Shown here: in pieces, positions 7,750 through 17,697 of the stretch
How the letters are laid out: each line of letters begins with the position of its first letter
Numbering within the stretch: the stretch's first letter is position 1
Source: an uncultured virus (IMG/VR IMGVR_UViG_3300003364_000021)
Lineage: Duplodnaviria > Heunggongvirae > Uroviricota > Caudoviricetes
IMG/VR virus record: IMGVR_UViG_3300003364_000021
Coordinates: 1-64,000 of that record
DNA length: 64,000 nt
Direction: 5' to 3' (one strand)
The notes under the pieces: model-generated
Told to the model about the DNA's origin: nothing
What the model saw: the letters and a program-made list of their open reading frames with translations, nothing else
Database searches by the model: none
Position numbers and translations under genes: made by a program

Positions 7750-10701
7750 TTACATCGAAGGGATGCTGACATGTCTAGGCCGTCTACGGCCTCGGTTCCT
7801 CGCAGCGTGTTGATAAGCGTTAGGCGCCCGCTTTTCTTGGGCGTTTCCTTCCATCAACCATACAACTTTTTCTCGATTTATGTAATCTGGAAGCTTTGTT
7901 CCAATGGTGCCGACTGCAGAATTTAACGCAGAAAGTGATAGGTTAACTACCCCAGAAAGATCTGCGCCCGAAAAGTCTGTATTTTCAAGATGAGCACCTT
8001 CTAGATCAATGGAGCCCTTCACGCGCTCATTGTCGTATATGTTAAGTGCAAAATGACTTCTGGTGCTTGAAGCATCAATATCGCGGAAACTTGCGTTTCT
8101 TAGATCGCACCCGCGCATACTGACACCCTCAAACATCGCGTTATCAAAGGTCGACTTTGATAGGTCGCATTCCTTCAAATGTGTACCAATTAAACTTGCT
8201 TTTACTCCATCCGTATATTCGAGGCTGGCCCCTTTTAGGTTGGACCCTATTAATGTGGACCATATGATCGTCGTTGACCTAAGATCGGCACCTTCTAAGT
8301 TTGCTCGGCTCAAACTTTGGTTCCAAAGGCGTTGCTCCGCAAGATTGATCCTGCGGAGGACCTTTACGACTATTTTTTCGTCGGTGAGACCCATTTCGTT
8401 GAGAAGTGATTTCGTGCTAAGCCTATCGGTATTTGGCCAATCGATATTCACGGTCCAAGGTGTATTAAACTCTATGGTACTCCAATCTCCTATCGGGATA
8501 GCCGTAGCCAACGAGGAAGTGCATGCCATGAGCGCAGTAATCGCACAACGATGTCGGAAAACCAGATCGGTCCATTGTGCTTCGGGGGCCATTTTATGAA
8601 CAGAAAAACCATTACTGAGTGTCCACCCCAGCAATTCAGTCAAAGCATTTTTAGGGCCGAGCGCAGTCTCGGACGTTAACTTCTCACGCGCCTCATCATA
8701 AAGAAAATCTATGATCTCAGTTGTCAGTTCACCAGATCCAATAATCTGACTCCATCTCTGCTCAACGTCTTCAGCTTCCGCGTCTTCCAATTCTTTTGCA
8801 ACCTTCAGGGCGTGCGATAACAGACCACGAGCAGCAAGATATTCGCCAAAGCTCTTATGAATAAATTCGAATCCGCTGTCCGCGTCGCCTTGCCCAGCAC
8901 GGGTATGAATGTTGAGAGCCACTGATTTAAGGTTTGCCGCAGGAAAGTCCTTAAATTTCTTTTCACGCCCAAGGTGCAATTTACGAATTTGGCGAAAGTC
9001 GTCTTCATCTCCTGTGCGCCCGTTTCCACGCCAAGCAGCAATGCCAAGACATTCCATCAGCTCAAAGAATAGCTCCTCATTTACACCCGCGGCGACGAAG
9101 TGATCTTTCTCTTTGTTTCGTTCGAATATTTTCTGGAGGATATCCTCATAAACAACGTTCTTATTATCAGCCGCTATTTCCCAATCGTCACTACTGTATT
9201 TTGAGATCACCAAAAGGTGCAATAGAAGGGGCTCAACATTAAGCTCTCTCATGCTGTCAGCGGTAACTGCAGCTGGTATTTTCTCTGGATCAAGATCCTT
9301 GAGAGTCGCCCATTTCCGCCAATAGGTTGCCCGCTGATCATTACTCATCAGGCCATCAGGGTCTTCGATTTCATCATCAGCCTGTGAGGGCATCATACAT
9401 GTTTCGTTAGTCATCTTTGCGATCGGCGCAACGTTGAGCATGTGCTGCACCGGAATATTGGAAGCCTTCATTGCGCCTTCACAAGCCAGATTACGACCCA
9501 GCACAAGTGCCCGAATAGGGGTGCCATCTGTGTTTAGAGGTGAAAGCATTAGTTTAAGGGCAAGCAGAAGTTCTCTGGCGTAGCGCTCCCCGTCTTCTTC
9601 TTTAGTTGATAGCTCGTCCAGTCCATCGAAGATGATTAGAATAGGTAACTCATCTGTTTTGCGCCAATCCAGGGGACTTCCGGGCAAGCCCGGGCTGCCG
9701 TGTTTGCCTGTCGAGGTATCGCGGCGGTCGACATAGCGCGCTATATCATCATGTAGTGAGCCAGACAGAACCATGTGCTGAAGCTGTATGAATAGTACGC
9801 GATGAACGCCCTGTTCAATCACCTCATGTGCGAAGGCGCGCGCGAAAGAGGACTTCCCACTTCCCGGCCCCCCGGTAACTACACGGACAGGATCTTGTTG
9901 AGCATTTCCAGCCATCCAAGTATGCGTCGCCTTATGTAGCTCAGCTACATGTGCGGTCTTACGCTCTGTTTCAGAACCATCCTCTTTTTGGAATTTTTCA
10001 ATTTGGTGCCAAAAGCACCGAGGCGGCAGGTAGACAGCTTCAAGCGGAATGACTTCGGCCTCATCTGGAGAGAATATCGGTGCATCCGTATATTGATGGG
10101 AAACCCAATATGCATGGCGTGCCCAATGTCCGTCGCGTCGAGCACTTTCGCCCCCAAGTCCTGTAAGCCCATCTTCGAGAACCCGAAAATAGCTGGGATC
10201 CTCGCAGAGTGTTCGATTTGAACCAGTTCGCAAGGCACGTCTGAAACGTTCCTCAAGCGTATCGATTTCGAGATCCATACTGGTTGTCGCCTTCAGGAGC
10301 ATGGCTCCGAGAGCTTGATGCGCTTTATTGAACAGAGGCGAAAGACCTGGGTTTGTCAGCGTAAGGGCATCAAGCTCTTGTCCATCGAACTGCGCCGCAG
10401 TCTCGAGAAATTCACTGACCGCTTCATCTTTCTTCCCTGACAGTGGAGCTTTGATGCGCTCAGCCTTTAGCACATCACTAACCGCGTAACTGATCGTCTT
10501 AAAAGCCCAGATCCAAGCCCGTTGCCCCGGCTCGTCCTGTGCCGTGCCCGAAAGTGCGCTGAACCCGGATTTCAGATTTGAGAGAACATTCGGAATGTTT
10601 GGACCGGCGGGGCTTAGTGCTTCCAGAACCGCCAAGATACCATGAAACCCTGCGTCTATGTAATTGCGTTTGTTGTTTGGAGGAGTGAGTGGAATGGCCA
10701 T
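7750..10701 (-). CDS. NACHT-type STAND NTPase with C-terminal pentapeptide repeats
   Basis: Walker A GGPGSGKS, Walker B LIIFDGLDE, PLLL, FEFIHKSFGEYLAA, A(N/D)LxGA repeats. Confidence 0.85.
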   Translation of the reverse strand: MAIPLTPPNNKRNYIDAGFHGILAVLEALSPAGPNIPNVLSNLKSGFSALSGTAQDEPGQRAWIWAFKTISYAVSDVLKAERIKAPLSGKKDEAVSEFLETAAQFDGQELDALTLTNPGLSPLFNKAHQALGAMLLKATTSMDLEIDTLEERFRRALRTGSNRTLCEDPSYFRVLEDGLTGLGGESARRDGHWARHAYWVSHQYTDAPIFSPDEAEVIPLEAVYLPPRCFWHQIEKFQKEDGSETERKTAHVAELHKATHTWMAGNAQQDPVRVVTGGPGSGKSSFARAFAHEVIEQGVHRVLFIQLQHMVLSGSLHDDIARYVDRRDTSTGKHGSPGLPGSPLDWRKTDELPILIIFDGLDELSTKEEDGERYARELLLALKLMLSPLNTDGTPIRALVLGRNLACEGAMKASNIPVQHMLNVAPIAKMTNETCMMPSQADDEIEDPDGLMSNDQRATYWRKWATLKDLDPEKIPAAVTADSMRELNVEPLLLHLLVISKYSSDDWEIAADNKNVVYEDILQKIFERNKEKDHFVAAGVNEELFFELMECLGIAAWRGNGRTGDEDDFRQIRKLHLGREKKFKDFPAANLKSVALNIHTRAGQGDADSGFEFIHKSFGEYLAARGLLSHALKVAKELEDAEAEDVEQRWSQIIGSGELTTEIIDFLYDEAREKLTSETALGPKNALTELLGWTLSNGFSVHKMAPEAQWTDLVFRHRCAITALMACTSSLATAIPIGDWSTIEFNTPWTVNIDWPNTDRLSTKSLLNEMGLTDEKIVVKVLRRINLAEQRLWNQSLSRANLEGADLRSTTIIWSTLIGSNLKGASLEYTDGVKASLIGTHLKECDLSKSTFDNAMFEGVSMRGCDLRNASFRDIDASSTRSHFALNIYDNERVKGSIDLEGAHLENTDFSGADLSGVVNLSLSALNSAVGTIGTKLPDYINREKVVWLMEGNAQEKRAPNAYQHAARNRGRRRPRHVSIPSM

Positions 10702-10745
10702 GTTTAACCCTTTACTTTGGGTCATTGTAGCCGTCGGTGGAATAT

Positions 10746-10818
10746 CGGCAAGGTCCGGTTTCCGCCCCGGGTGCTGTCGAGGTCCCGGGCGCAGCGAAAG
10801 TCGGCTTTCCCGCCCCTG
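10746..10818 (-). repeat. Cargo-flanking repeat, type 1 (two tandem copies)
   Basis: GGGCGGGAAAGCCGACTTTCGC and GGGCGGAAACCGGACCTTGC, similar to 3010-3034 and 45290-45314. Confidence 0.6.
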
Positions 10819-10856
10819 TTGTCGAAGCATCGGTAATATTCATCTTAACGAAGCCC

Positions 10857-11516
10857 TCACCACGCATGCGCTGACCACACGATCTCGCCCAGGACGCGCA
10901 TGCGGTTCATGTCGGGGCCACGGCGGGTTTCGGTCGGGTGGATCGGGTTGTCGGAGGTCAGCACCATCATCTCGTTGTCGACCAGGTCGAGGCGCTTGAC
11001 GCGGGCGCTGCCATCGGTGTCGACGAAGGCGTAGACGTGGCGGTTGCGGATCGTGGTGCGGCGCTCGTCGATCATGACAAGGTCGCCGTCGTTCAGGGTC
11101 GGGGCCATGCTGTCACCCGCAACGGTGAGCAGACACGCCTGCGCAGGTGAAATACCCCGCTCGCGCAACCAGTTCTGGCGAAAGGCCAGTGCGCCTTGCA
11201 GGCTGACATCGCCGTTCAAGGCCCCTGCCCCCGCCGCCAGCCGCGCGTCAACGCGCGGGATTGCGGCGAAATCTTCGTGGTCGATCTGGGTAGTGTATAC
11301 AGCCCCCACTTCGCGCGGCGGACCAAAATATAGCTCTAGATCAAGTACTTCGGCTAGCCGCTCCAGTGAAGCCCAATTGTATCGTTTGTCGCCGTCGCGC
11401 TTCATTCGAAAGTTCTTAATCAAAGACGGATGACCGACCGCGAGCCGCGAGGCTTTCGCGTCTGAATAGCCCTTCTTTTTCAGGGCCTCATCGATCTGGT
11501 TAAGAATCACATCCAT
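10857..11516 (-). CDS. CI-like repressor with S24 peptidase domain
   Basis: N-terminal HTH-like region, AG cleavage motif (LAAGAG), GDSM and VKRL catalytic motifs; divergent from early operon. Confidence 0.9.
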   Translation of the reverse strand: MDVILNQIDEALKKKGYSDAKASRLAVGHPSLIKNFRMKRDGDKRYNWASLERLAEVLDLELYFGPPREVGAVYTTQIDHEDFAAIPRVDARLAAGAGALNGDVSLQGALAFRQNWLRERGISPAQACLLTVAGDSMAPTLNDGDLVMIDERRTTIRNRHVYAFVDTDGSARVKRLDLVDNEMMVLTSDNPIHPTETRRGPDMNRMRVLGEIVWSAHAW

Positions 11517-11527
11517 CTGGTCACGAT

Positions 11528-11594
11528 AGCCAGTAATGGCCAATTCGTAAACATAAAGCTACTACAGGCTTGTATTGCCGGGCTAGTAGTGGCT
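11528..11594. promoter_or_regulatory. Prophage 1 switch region with three putative operators
   Basis: AGCCAGTAATGGCC 11528, AGCTACTACAGGCT 11557, GGCTAGTAGTGGCT 11581. Confidence 0.55.
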
Positions 11595-11605
11595 ATACTC
11601 TCCTC

Positions 11606-11857
11606 ATGAAACAGAGAGACGCCCTTATAACACTCGCCACCACGCTCGCCGCGCATCGCGGGGTCACGCACTATGCGATCTCCATGCGCGCCTTGGGTAA
11701 GGGCGATTTCTTCAAGAAAATGATCGAGTGCGGCTGGGATTGCCGCACTGCGACAGCCGAGCGCTTGCTCGCTTGGTTCGACGAGAATTGGGACCGGGAC
11801 CTCGAATGGCCCCGCGACATCCCCCGTCCATCCGCCAAACAGGAGGATGCCGCATGA
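11606..11857 (+). CDS. Cro/Ner-position small DNA-binding protein
   Basis: First gene divergent from repressor. Confidence 0.6.
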   Translation: MKQRDALITLATTLAAHRGVTHYAISMRALGKGDFFKKMIECGWDCRTATAERLLAWFDENWDRDLEWPRDIPRPSAKQEDAA

Positions 11858-12024
11858 GCCCGCGCCCCGACCCCGAAGGCAACCTTCCCCCCGGAAGCGG
11901 CTTTGCGATAGCCCTGCTGCTCGCCCTCGTCTTCTGGGCCGTAGTCGCTGCGGGCCTGTCTGTCGCGGTTCTGCGCCAAGGTGCCGCCCCTGAAACACCC
12001 CCTTCAACAGAGGATTTAATGTGA
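11854..12024 (+). CDS. Small membrane protein
   Basis: Single TM segment; homolog at 50336. Confidence 0.55.
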   Translation: MSPRPDPEGNLPPGSGFAIALLLALVFWAVVAAGLSVAVLRQGAAPETPPSTEDLM

Positions 12025-12236
12025 TGCGGTTATCCGATCTCATTCCCGATGCCGGGCAGTTGCAGGCTGAGATCGCGGCCATCCCGCAGGCGCAGCGCGT
12101 GGCGCTGGCTTTGCAGTTGGTGCGCGACATCGACGAGCCGTGCTGTGCGCTGCCGCTGATGCGCCTCAGTCGCTTGGCCGAGGATCATGAGTTGTCGATC
12201 CGCAAGGAAGCGTTCGTTCTGGAGCGTGCCCGATGA
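12024..12236 (+). CDS. Phage early hypothetical protein
   Basis: Near-identical homolog at 50544. Confidence 0.65.
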   Translation: MRLSDLIPDAGQLQAEIAAIPQAQRVALALQLVRDIDEPCCALPLMRLSRLAEDHELSIRKEAFVLERAR

Positions 12237-12421
12237 TCCGCCGCCTTGCCCATAAATTTCGTCTCCGCGCGCGTGCTGGCCTGTGCGCTGCGCGGTCACT
12301 GCGCCCCGGCTGTGCCCAATCTGCTTGCTCCGGCCGGGGCGTTTTTTCTGTCATTGGCGATGTAGTGGGGGTTATGGCGCTGTTCGTCCTGCTCTTTGCC
12401 GTCGCGAGTTTCGGAGGGTGA
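12233..12421 (+). CDS. Phage early hypothetical membrane protein
   Basis: Overlapping stop/start; homolog at 50768. Confidence 0.5.
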   Translation: MIRRLAHKFRLRARAGLCAARSLRPGCAQSACSGRGVFSVIGDVVGVMALFVLLFAVASFGG

Positions 12422-12426
12422 GCGGG

Positions 12427-12687
12427 ATGAGCCTGCATGTGCAAAGATGGGGCCATGGATACGCCGTTTTCGACGGTAAGGAGCGCTTATCTGGCGCGTT
12501 CAGCAACCGCGATATCGCCCTGCGCGCCCAAGACCGGATGGAGAACGAGACAGCCAAATCCAAGCACGCCCGTAACCGCCCCTGCCTGACTTGCGGCACC
12601 GAGTTCTGGTCAACGGGATTGGGACACCGCATGTGCGGCAACTGCCGCACCAATTGCGCCGGGCTCGACGCCCAGATGGTGGGCTAA
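12427..12687 (+). CDS. Zn-finger hypothetical protein
   Basis: CLTC...CGNC; homolog at 50961. Confidence 0.7.
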   Translation: MSLHVQRWGHGYAVFDGKERLSGAFSNRDIALRAQDRMENETAKSKHARNRPCLTCGTEFWSTGLGHRMCGNCRTNCAGLDAQMVG

Positions 12688-13523
12688 TGATTGAACACCT
12701 GTCCACAATCACCGAATTGCCGATAGACGCGATCAAGGTCGAGGATCGGTTACGTGACACATCTCCAGACGGCATTGCCAATCTCGTTGAAGCTATAAGG
12801 GAAACCGGGTTCAGCGGCAGCATCCGGGTTCGCCGCAAGAAAGATGGAGATTATCTCATAGACGGCGCCCACAGGCTTGCCGCGATGAGGGAGCTGGGCA
12901 AGACTTCAATTCCTGTCGATTTGGTTCGCTGTAACGACGCAGAAGCGCGACTTATGGAGATCGACGGCAACCTCATGGGTCAACCCATGACCGTCCTTGA
13001 TGACGCCTACTTTTTGGCCACGCGCCGGGAGATGATCCAGAAAATCCATCCCGAAATGCGGCAAGGATCAGCTGGGGCTGCAGGACGTTGGATGCAACTG
13101 CATTTCAGTGCACTTGCACAAACCATCGCCACAGCTCGGGGCATCAAAACCCGCCAAGTCTATAATATAATGGCAGCCGGAGCGTCTCTTTCACGCGAAG
13201 AATACGAAGCCCTTAAACACTCGCCGGCCCTCCGTCTGAATGACTTGCTGGCGCTCAGAAAGATCGTCGGCACAGAGGAGCGCAACTATGTTGTGGAAGC
13301 GCTCTCTGAGGGGCTGGTCAAGAATGCGGGGGCAGCACGAAAGGCTTACCTTGCAGCACGCGGCGAGGCTCCAGCCCCGGCGAGCGATAAAGACCAGAAG
13401 CTGTCGCGCCTACTCGACGCTTGGGACCGCGCGGGCAAGCGCGAGCGCCGGGCATTCCTCGAGGAACGCGGCGCAGAGGTTGCGGCGTTGTTCGGCGAGC
13501 TTGACCAAGGGGATGCGGCATGA
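12687..13523 (+). CDS. ParB/Srx N-terminal domain protein
   Basis: LIDGAHRL motif. Confidence 0.85.
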   Translation: MIEHLSTITELPIDAIKVEDRLRDTSPDGIANLVEAIRETGFSGSIRVRRKKDGDYLIDGAHRLAAMRELGKTSIPVDLVRCNDAEARLMEIDGNLMGQPMTVLDDAYFLATRREMIQKIHPEMRQGSAGAAGRWMQLHFSALAQTIATARGIKTRQVYNIMAAGASLSREEYEALKHSPALRLNDLLALRKIVGTEERNYVVEALSEGLVKNAGAARKAYLAARGEAPAPASDKDQKLSRLLDAWDRAGKRERRAFLEERGAEVAALFGELDQGDAA

Positions 13524-15643
13524 CTGGCCCGGCCCCTGCGCAGGAGTGGTGGAGTGCGGCTGAGCTGGCCGAGGCTGGGTTGCCCGACCTGCCCGGCACC
13601 AAGCGCAAGGTCAATCTGTTGGCGCAACGCGAGGGCTGGGCGCGGCACGCGGGTAAGGTCCGGCGGCGCAAGGGGGCCGGTGGCGGCGTTGAATATCACT
13701 GGAGCGTGCTGCCGTTGCGCGCCCGCATGCGACTTAGCGCCGATCTGGTCAAAGCCCCGGAGGAGAAATCCGGCAAAGACGAGGCGTGGGAACGCTATGC
13801 AGCGGCGGGCGACAAGGCCCGCACTGAGGCCGAGGCGCGGCTAGAGGCCGTTGCCGAGGTCGAATTGTTGGAAGGGGCCGGGTTGACCCGCTCCGCGGCC
13901 GTGCGCGAGGTCGCGCACAAGCTGGGACGGTCCGAGAAATCTCTCTGGAATTACCTCGGGCAGGTCGAGGGAGCGGCCCCCGCCGACCGGCTGGCTTACC
14001 TGATCGACGGGCGCGCAGTGCGGCGTGCTCCCGCCCAACGGGGCGATATCGACCCGGCCTTTCTGGCGCTGGTGCGCAGCGATTGGCTGCGCCTGTCGCA
14101 ACCCTCGCTCACCAGTTGCTATGACCGCGCCGTGCGCGTCTGGACCTCCGAGCGGCGCAACAGCACCGTGCCTCCCCTTCACCAGGTGCGGCGCTGGATC
14201 AAGGCCAACGTCTCGGCACCGACAGAAACCTACCTGCGCAAGGGCGAGGAGGCACTCCGCCGCCTCTATCCCGCGCAGGTGCGCAGCAAGGCCTTCATGG
14301 TCCCGCTCGAATGCGTGCAGGGCGATTACCACAAGTTCGACGTGTTCGTGCGCTGGCCCGGCATCGACACGCCTGTGCGGCCGCAGATGATGGTCTGGTC
14401 GGACGTCTATTCCGGCAAGCTCTTGGCATGGCGTCTGTCGGACACGGCCAACAGCCACACCGTGCAGCTTGTGACCGGTGACCTGATCCGGACCTATGGC
14501 ATCCCGCAATCAGTTCTGATCGACAATGGCCGGGAATTTGCCGCCAAGGCGATGACGGGCGGCACGCCAACCCGGTTTCGGTTCAAGGTCACGGACGAGG
14601 ATATTCCCGGGCTGCTCCCGCTCTTGGGCGTGCATGTCCACTGGGCCACGCCCTATTCCGGGCAATCCAAACCTATCGAGCGCGCCTTTCGCGACCTCTG
14701 CGACCGGGTGGCCAAACACCCCGCCTTTGACGGGGCCTATACGGGCAACAAGCCAACGGCAAAGCCTGAAGATTACGGCTCCCGCGCCATCCCGCTCGAC
14801 GAGTTCCGCCTCGTGTTGGAGGAAGAGCTTGCGCATCACAACGCCCGCCCCGGGCGGCGCAGTGAAGTTGCCATGGGACGGTCGTTCAATGAGGTCTTCA
14901 ACGAGGGCTATGCGCGCGCCACGATCAAGCGCGCGACCGACGAGCAGCTGCGCCTCTGGCTCCTGCGGGCCGAGGGAGTGCGGGCCAAGACCAGCAACGG
15001 CGCGCTGAAACTCTACGACACGGAATACTGGTCCGAGTGGATGTACCGGATCGCAGGGGAAAAGGTGGTAGCGCGGTTCGACGCGGATGATTTGACAGCC
15101 GGGCTCGAGGTTTATGATCTGGCGGGCCGGTACCTCGGCCATGCCAAGTGTCTCAAGGACGCCAAGTTCCGCGACGTTGGGGCCGCACGCGATCACAACC
15201 GAAAGCGCAAGACGTGGATGCGTGCGCAGCGCGACGAGGCCAAGGCCGCGCGCGAGTTGACGGCGGCAGAGGTGGCCGCACGTGTGCGCGCAGCCTCGGG
15301 GCTGGCGGCAGACGAACCCCTGCCCGAGGCGCAGGTGCATCAGCTGGTGACACCGCATAAGGCCGCCCCAAAACGGCGGCGCGCGCAGAGCGTCGAGGAG
15401 ATAGAGCGCGAAGCAGCGCTTGAGGCCCGCGTGACGCGCCTAGCTGAGCATCGCGCACGCCCCGTTGAGGTCGATGAAGACGATCCCAAGGCCCTGTTTC
15501 TGCGTGCCCGCGCTCTTGAGAGCGCGCAGGCGGAAGGCGAGACACTCACGCAGGCACAGGCCGATTGGCTGGCCGACTACCAACAGAGTTCCGACTACCG
15601 CGCCCAGCTGCGCATGGAGCGCCGCTTCGGTGCCCAAGAGTAA
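13520..15643 (+). CDS. Mu-like DDE transposase (MuA)
   Basis: N-terminal Mu DNA-binding WWSAAELA..GLPDLP; GDYH, IDNG, SKPIERAF. Confidence 0.95.
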   Translation: MTGPAPAQEWWSAAELAEAGLPDLPGTKRKVNLLAQREGWARHAGKVRRRKGAGGGVEYHWSVLPLRARMRLSADLVKAPEEKSGKDEAWERYAAAGDKARTEAEARLEAVAEVELLEGAGLTRSAAVREVAHKLGRSEKSLWNYLGQVEGAAPADRLAYLIDGRAVRRAPAQRGDIDPAFLALVRSDWLRLSQPSLTSCYDRAVRVWTSERRNSTVPPLHQVRRWIKANVSAPTETYLRKGEEALRRLYPAQVRSKAFMVPLECVQGDYHKFDVFVRWPGIDTPVRPQMMVWSDVYSGKLLAWRLSDTANSHTVQLVTGDLIRTYGIPQSVLIDNGREFAAKAMTGGTPTRFRFKVTDEDIPGLLPLLGVHVHWATPYSGQSKPIERAFRDLCDRVAKHPAFDGAYTGNKPTAKPEDYGSRAIPLDEFRLVLEEELAHHNARPGRRSEVAMGRSFNEVFNEGYARATIKRATDEQLRLWLLRAEGVRAKTSNGALKLYDTEYWSEWMYRIAGEKVVARFDADDLTAGLEVYDLAGRYLGHAKCLKDAKFRDVGAARDHNRKRKTWMRAQRDEAKAARELTAAEVAARVRAASGLAADEPLPEAQVHQLVTPHKAAPKRRRAQSVEEIEREAALEARVTRLAEHRARPVEVDEDDPKALFLRARALESAQAEGETLTQAQADWLADYQQSSDYRAQLRMERRFGAQE

Positions 15644-15661
15644 CAAGAAAAGGAGAGCAGC

Positions 15662-16459
15662 ATGACCCCTTCCATTGCGCCCCTGCGAAACGTCGCAGCG
15701 CTGATCGGCCTCGTTGAGCGCGTCCAGTCCCGCGCCTTTGGCCTGCCCGGCATGGCCACGTTCTATGGCCCATCCGGCTGGGGCAAGACGACCGCCGTGA
15801 CAGTCGCGGCCAATGAATATCAGGCCCATGTTGTCCAGGTCAAAGACTGCTGGACACCAACCTATCTGGCGCAAGCGATCCTGCGCGAGATCGGCCTGCC
15901 ATCGCAACGCGGCGTGGCCGCCATGGTCGATGCAATCGGCGCACAGCTTGCACGCAATGACCGCCCGCTCATCATCGACGACGCGCAATATCTCCTGCGC
16001 AAGCGGATGATCGAGCTGGCCCGCGACATTTACGAGAGCTGTCAGGCCCCGGTCATTCTGGTCGGCGAAGAAAAGCTGCCGCAGGATCTGACCCGCTGGG
16101 AGAACATCCACAACCGCCAACTCGCATGGGAACCCGCCCTCGCCTGCAACCTGCCGGACGCAGAAAAGCTCGCGCCAATCTACGCGGCTGGTATCGACGT
16201 CGGCGCTGACCTGCTCGGAGCCATCGTCGACGCCTCGGGCGGCTCGATCCGCCGGGTGGCGATCAATCTGGCACGTGCCAAGGAACTGGCCATGGGCCGG
16301 GGGCGGCGTCTGGCCGACCTCGAGCTTTGGGGCAACCGGGCCTTCGAGACCGGGCAACCTCCTGCGGTGCGCCGTGTCGATGATTTCCGCCTCGCCGCCC
16401 CACTCGCCCCCGAAAAGATCGTGCCGCTCGCGGCTGAGAAGAAGGCGGGCCGGGCATGA
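15662..16459 (+). CDS. MuB-like AAA+ transposition ATPase
   Basis: GPSGWGKT, LIIDDAQ; directly downstream of MuA. Confidence 0.9.
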   Translation: MTPSIAPLRNVAALIGLVERVQSRAFGLPGMATFYGPSGWGKTTAVTVAANEYQAHVVQVKDCWTPTYLAQAILREIGLPSQRGVAAMVDAIGAQLARNDRPLIIDDAQYLLRKRMIELARDIYESCQAPVILVGEEKLPQDLTRWENIHNRQLAWEPALACNLPDAEKLAPIYAAGIDVGADLLGAIVDASGGSIRRVAINLARAKELAMGRGRRLADLELWGNRAFETGQPPAVRRVDDFRLAAPLAPEKIVPLAAEKKAGRA

Positions 16460-16989
16460 GTGACCTCTTTGATCGCCTTTGGACGCAGGTCCGCGAGCTT
16501 GAGGAGTTTGACTGGCAGGCCGTGTCCCGGCTCGGCTGCAGCCGCGAGACTGCCGTGCGCTACCTGCGCCACTGGCGGGACGCGGGCAAGATCCGCGTGA
16601 GCCGCGTCACCCGCAATGGCAAACGCTGGTATGCCCCCACAGACCGCCCCCTGCCCGGCCCGCAGCCGGTCTCTGGCGAGGCAACACCCGAGGGCAATAT
16701 GTGGCGCGCCATGCGCACGCTGCGGCATAGTTTCAGCCCCGTCGATATCGCAGCCCATGCCAACGCGGGCGGCGTCGCCGTCACCGTCGAGAAGGCGCGC
16801 GCCTATTGCCGCCAGCTTCTCGCCTCCGAACATCTGCGCGTGGTCGAAATGGCCATTCCCGGTCGCCGCGAAGCGCTCTATCGCTTGGTCGAGGATACCG
16901 GCCCGCGCGCGCCCAAACCCGTGCGTCTGGCTGGCATTCTCGATCCCAACACCGGCGAATTTGCCCCCGCGAAAGGTGGTGCAGCATGA
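16456..16989 (+). CDS. Phage hypothetical protein (winged-helix-like)
   Basis: Coupled to MuB; homolog at 55458. Confidence 0.7.
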   Translation: MSDLFDRLWTQVRELEEFDWQAVSRLGCSRETAVRYLRHWRDAGKIRVSRVTRNGKRWYAPTDRPLPGPQPVSGEATPEGNMWRAMRTLRHSFSPVDIAAHANAGGVAVTVEKARAYCRQLLASEHLRVVEMAIPGRREALYRLVEDTGPRAPKPVRLAGILDPNTGEFAPAKGGAA

Positions 16990-17360
16990 GCGCGCTCGAC
17001 ACGGCCCGGGAATTCTGGGGCGAGGATTTGCCCGATTGGGTGGCCGCCTTGGCGCGCGCCTGCGACGAGACCAGCCAGAACAAGGTCGCGGTCAAGATGG
17101 AGCGCAGCGCGACCCTTGTGTCGAACATCCTGCGCAACCGCTATCCGGCTGACACCAGCATCGTCGAGGACGTCGTGCGCGGCCATTTCATGCGCGCGGT
17201 GGTCGACTGCCCCGCCTTGGGCGAGATCGGCAAACAGGTCTGTCGCAAGTGGCGATCCAAGGCGGCGCAGTTCGAGAATGTGAATTCGCTTACCGTCACG
17301 ATGTACCGCGCCTGCAACCGTTGCCCGGTCCATAAGGGGGCCGACGATGACGCGGCGTGA
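16986..17360 (+). CDS. HTH plus Cys-cluster phage protein
   Basis: SQNKVA..M.RS..LVS; CP...C...CNRCP; homolog at 55985. Confidence 0.7.
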   Translation: MSALDTAREFWGEDLPDWVAALARACDETSQNKVAVKMERSATLVSNILRNRYPADTSIVEDVVRGHFMRAVVDCPALGEIGKQVCRKWRSKAAQFENVNSLTVTMYRACNRCPVHKGADDDAA

Positions 17361-17697
17361 TGACAGCCTCGATACGCCCGTGTCGGCGCTCGCCGCAGAG
17401 GCGGTGCCCGCCCGCGAGATCGCGCGCCGCCTCAGTGTCACGACGTCCCGCGTCCACAGCGTGCTGCATTACCTGCGCCGCCACGGGGCCCCGTTCCCGC
17501 CGGTCCGGCTGGGCAAACCCTGCGGGCGTCAAGGCGCGCAGCTGACCCGGCTCAACGCCGAAGTCCGTGGCGCGCTCGAGCCGCATGCCCTCGCGCGGGG
17601 CGTGCAGACCAAGGCGCTCGCCGTCCGCATTCTCGAGGTCGTGATCCGCGACAATCTGATCGACGCCATTCTTGACGACAAGGAGACCGACGCATGA
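17347..17697 (+). CDS. HTH-containing hypothetical protein
   Basis: REIARRLSVTTSRV. Confidence 0.65.
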   Translation: MTRRDDSLDTPVSALAAEAVPAREIARRLSVTTSRVHSVLHYLRRHGAPFPPVRLGKPCGRQGAQLTRLNAEVRGALEPHALARGVQTKALAVRILEVVIRDNLIDAILDDKETDA

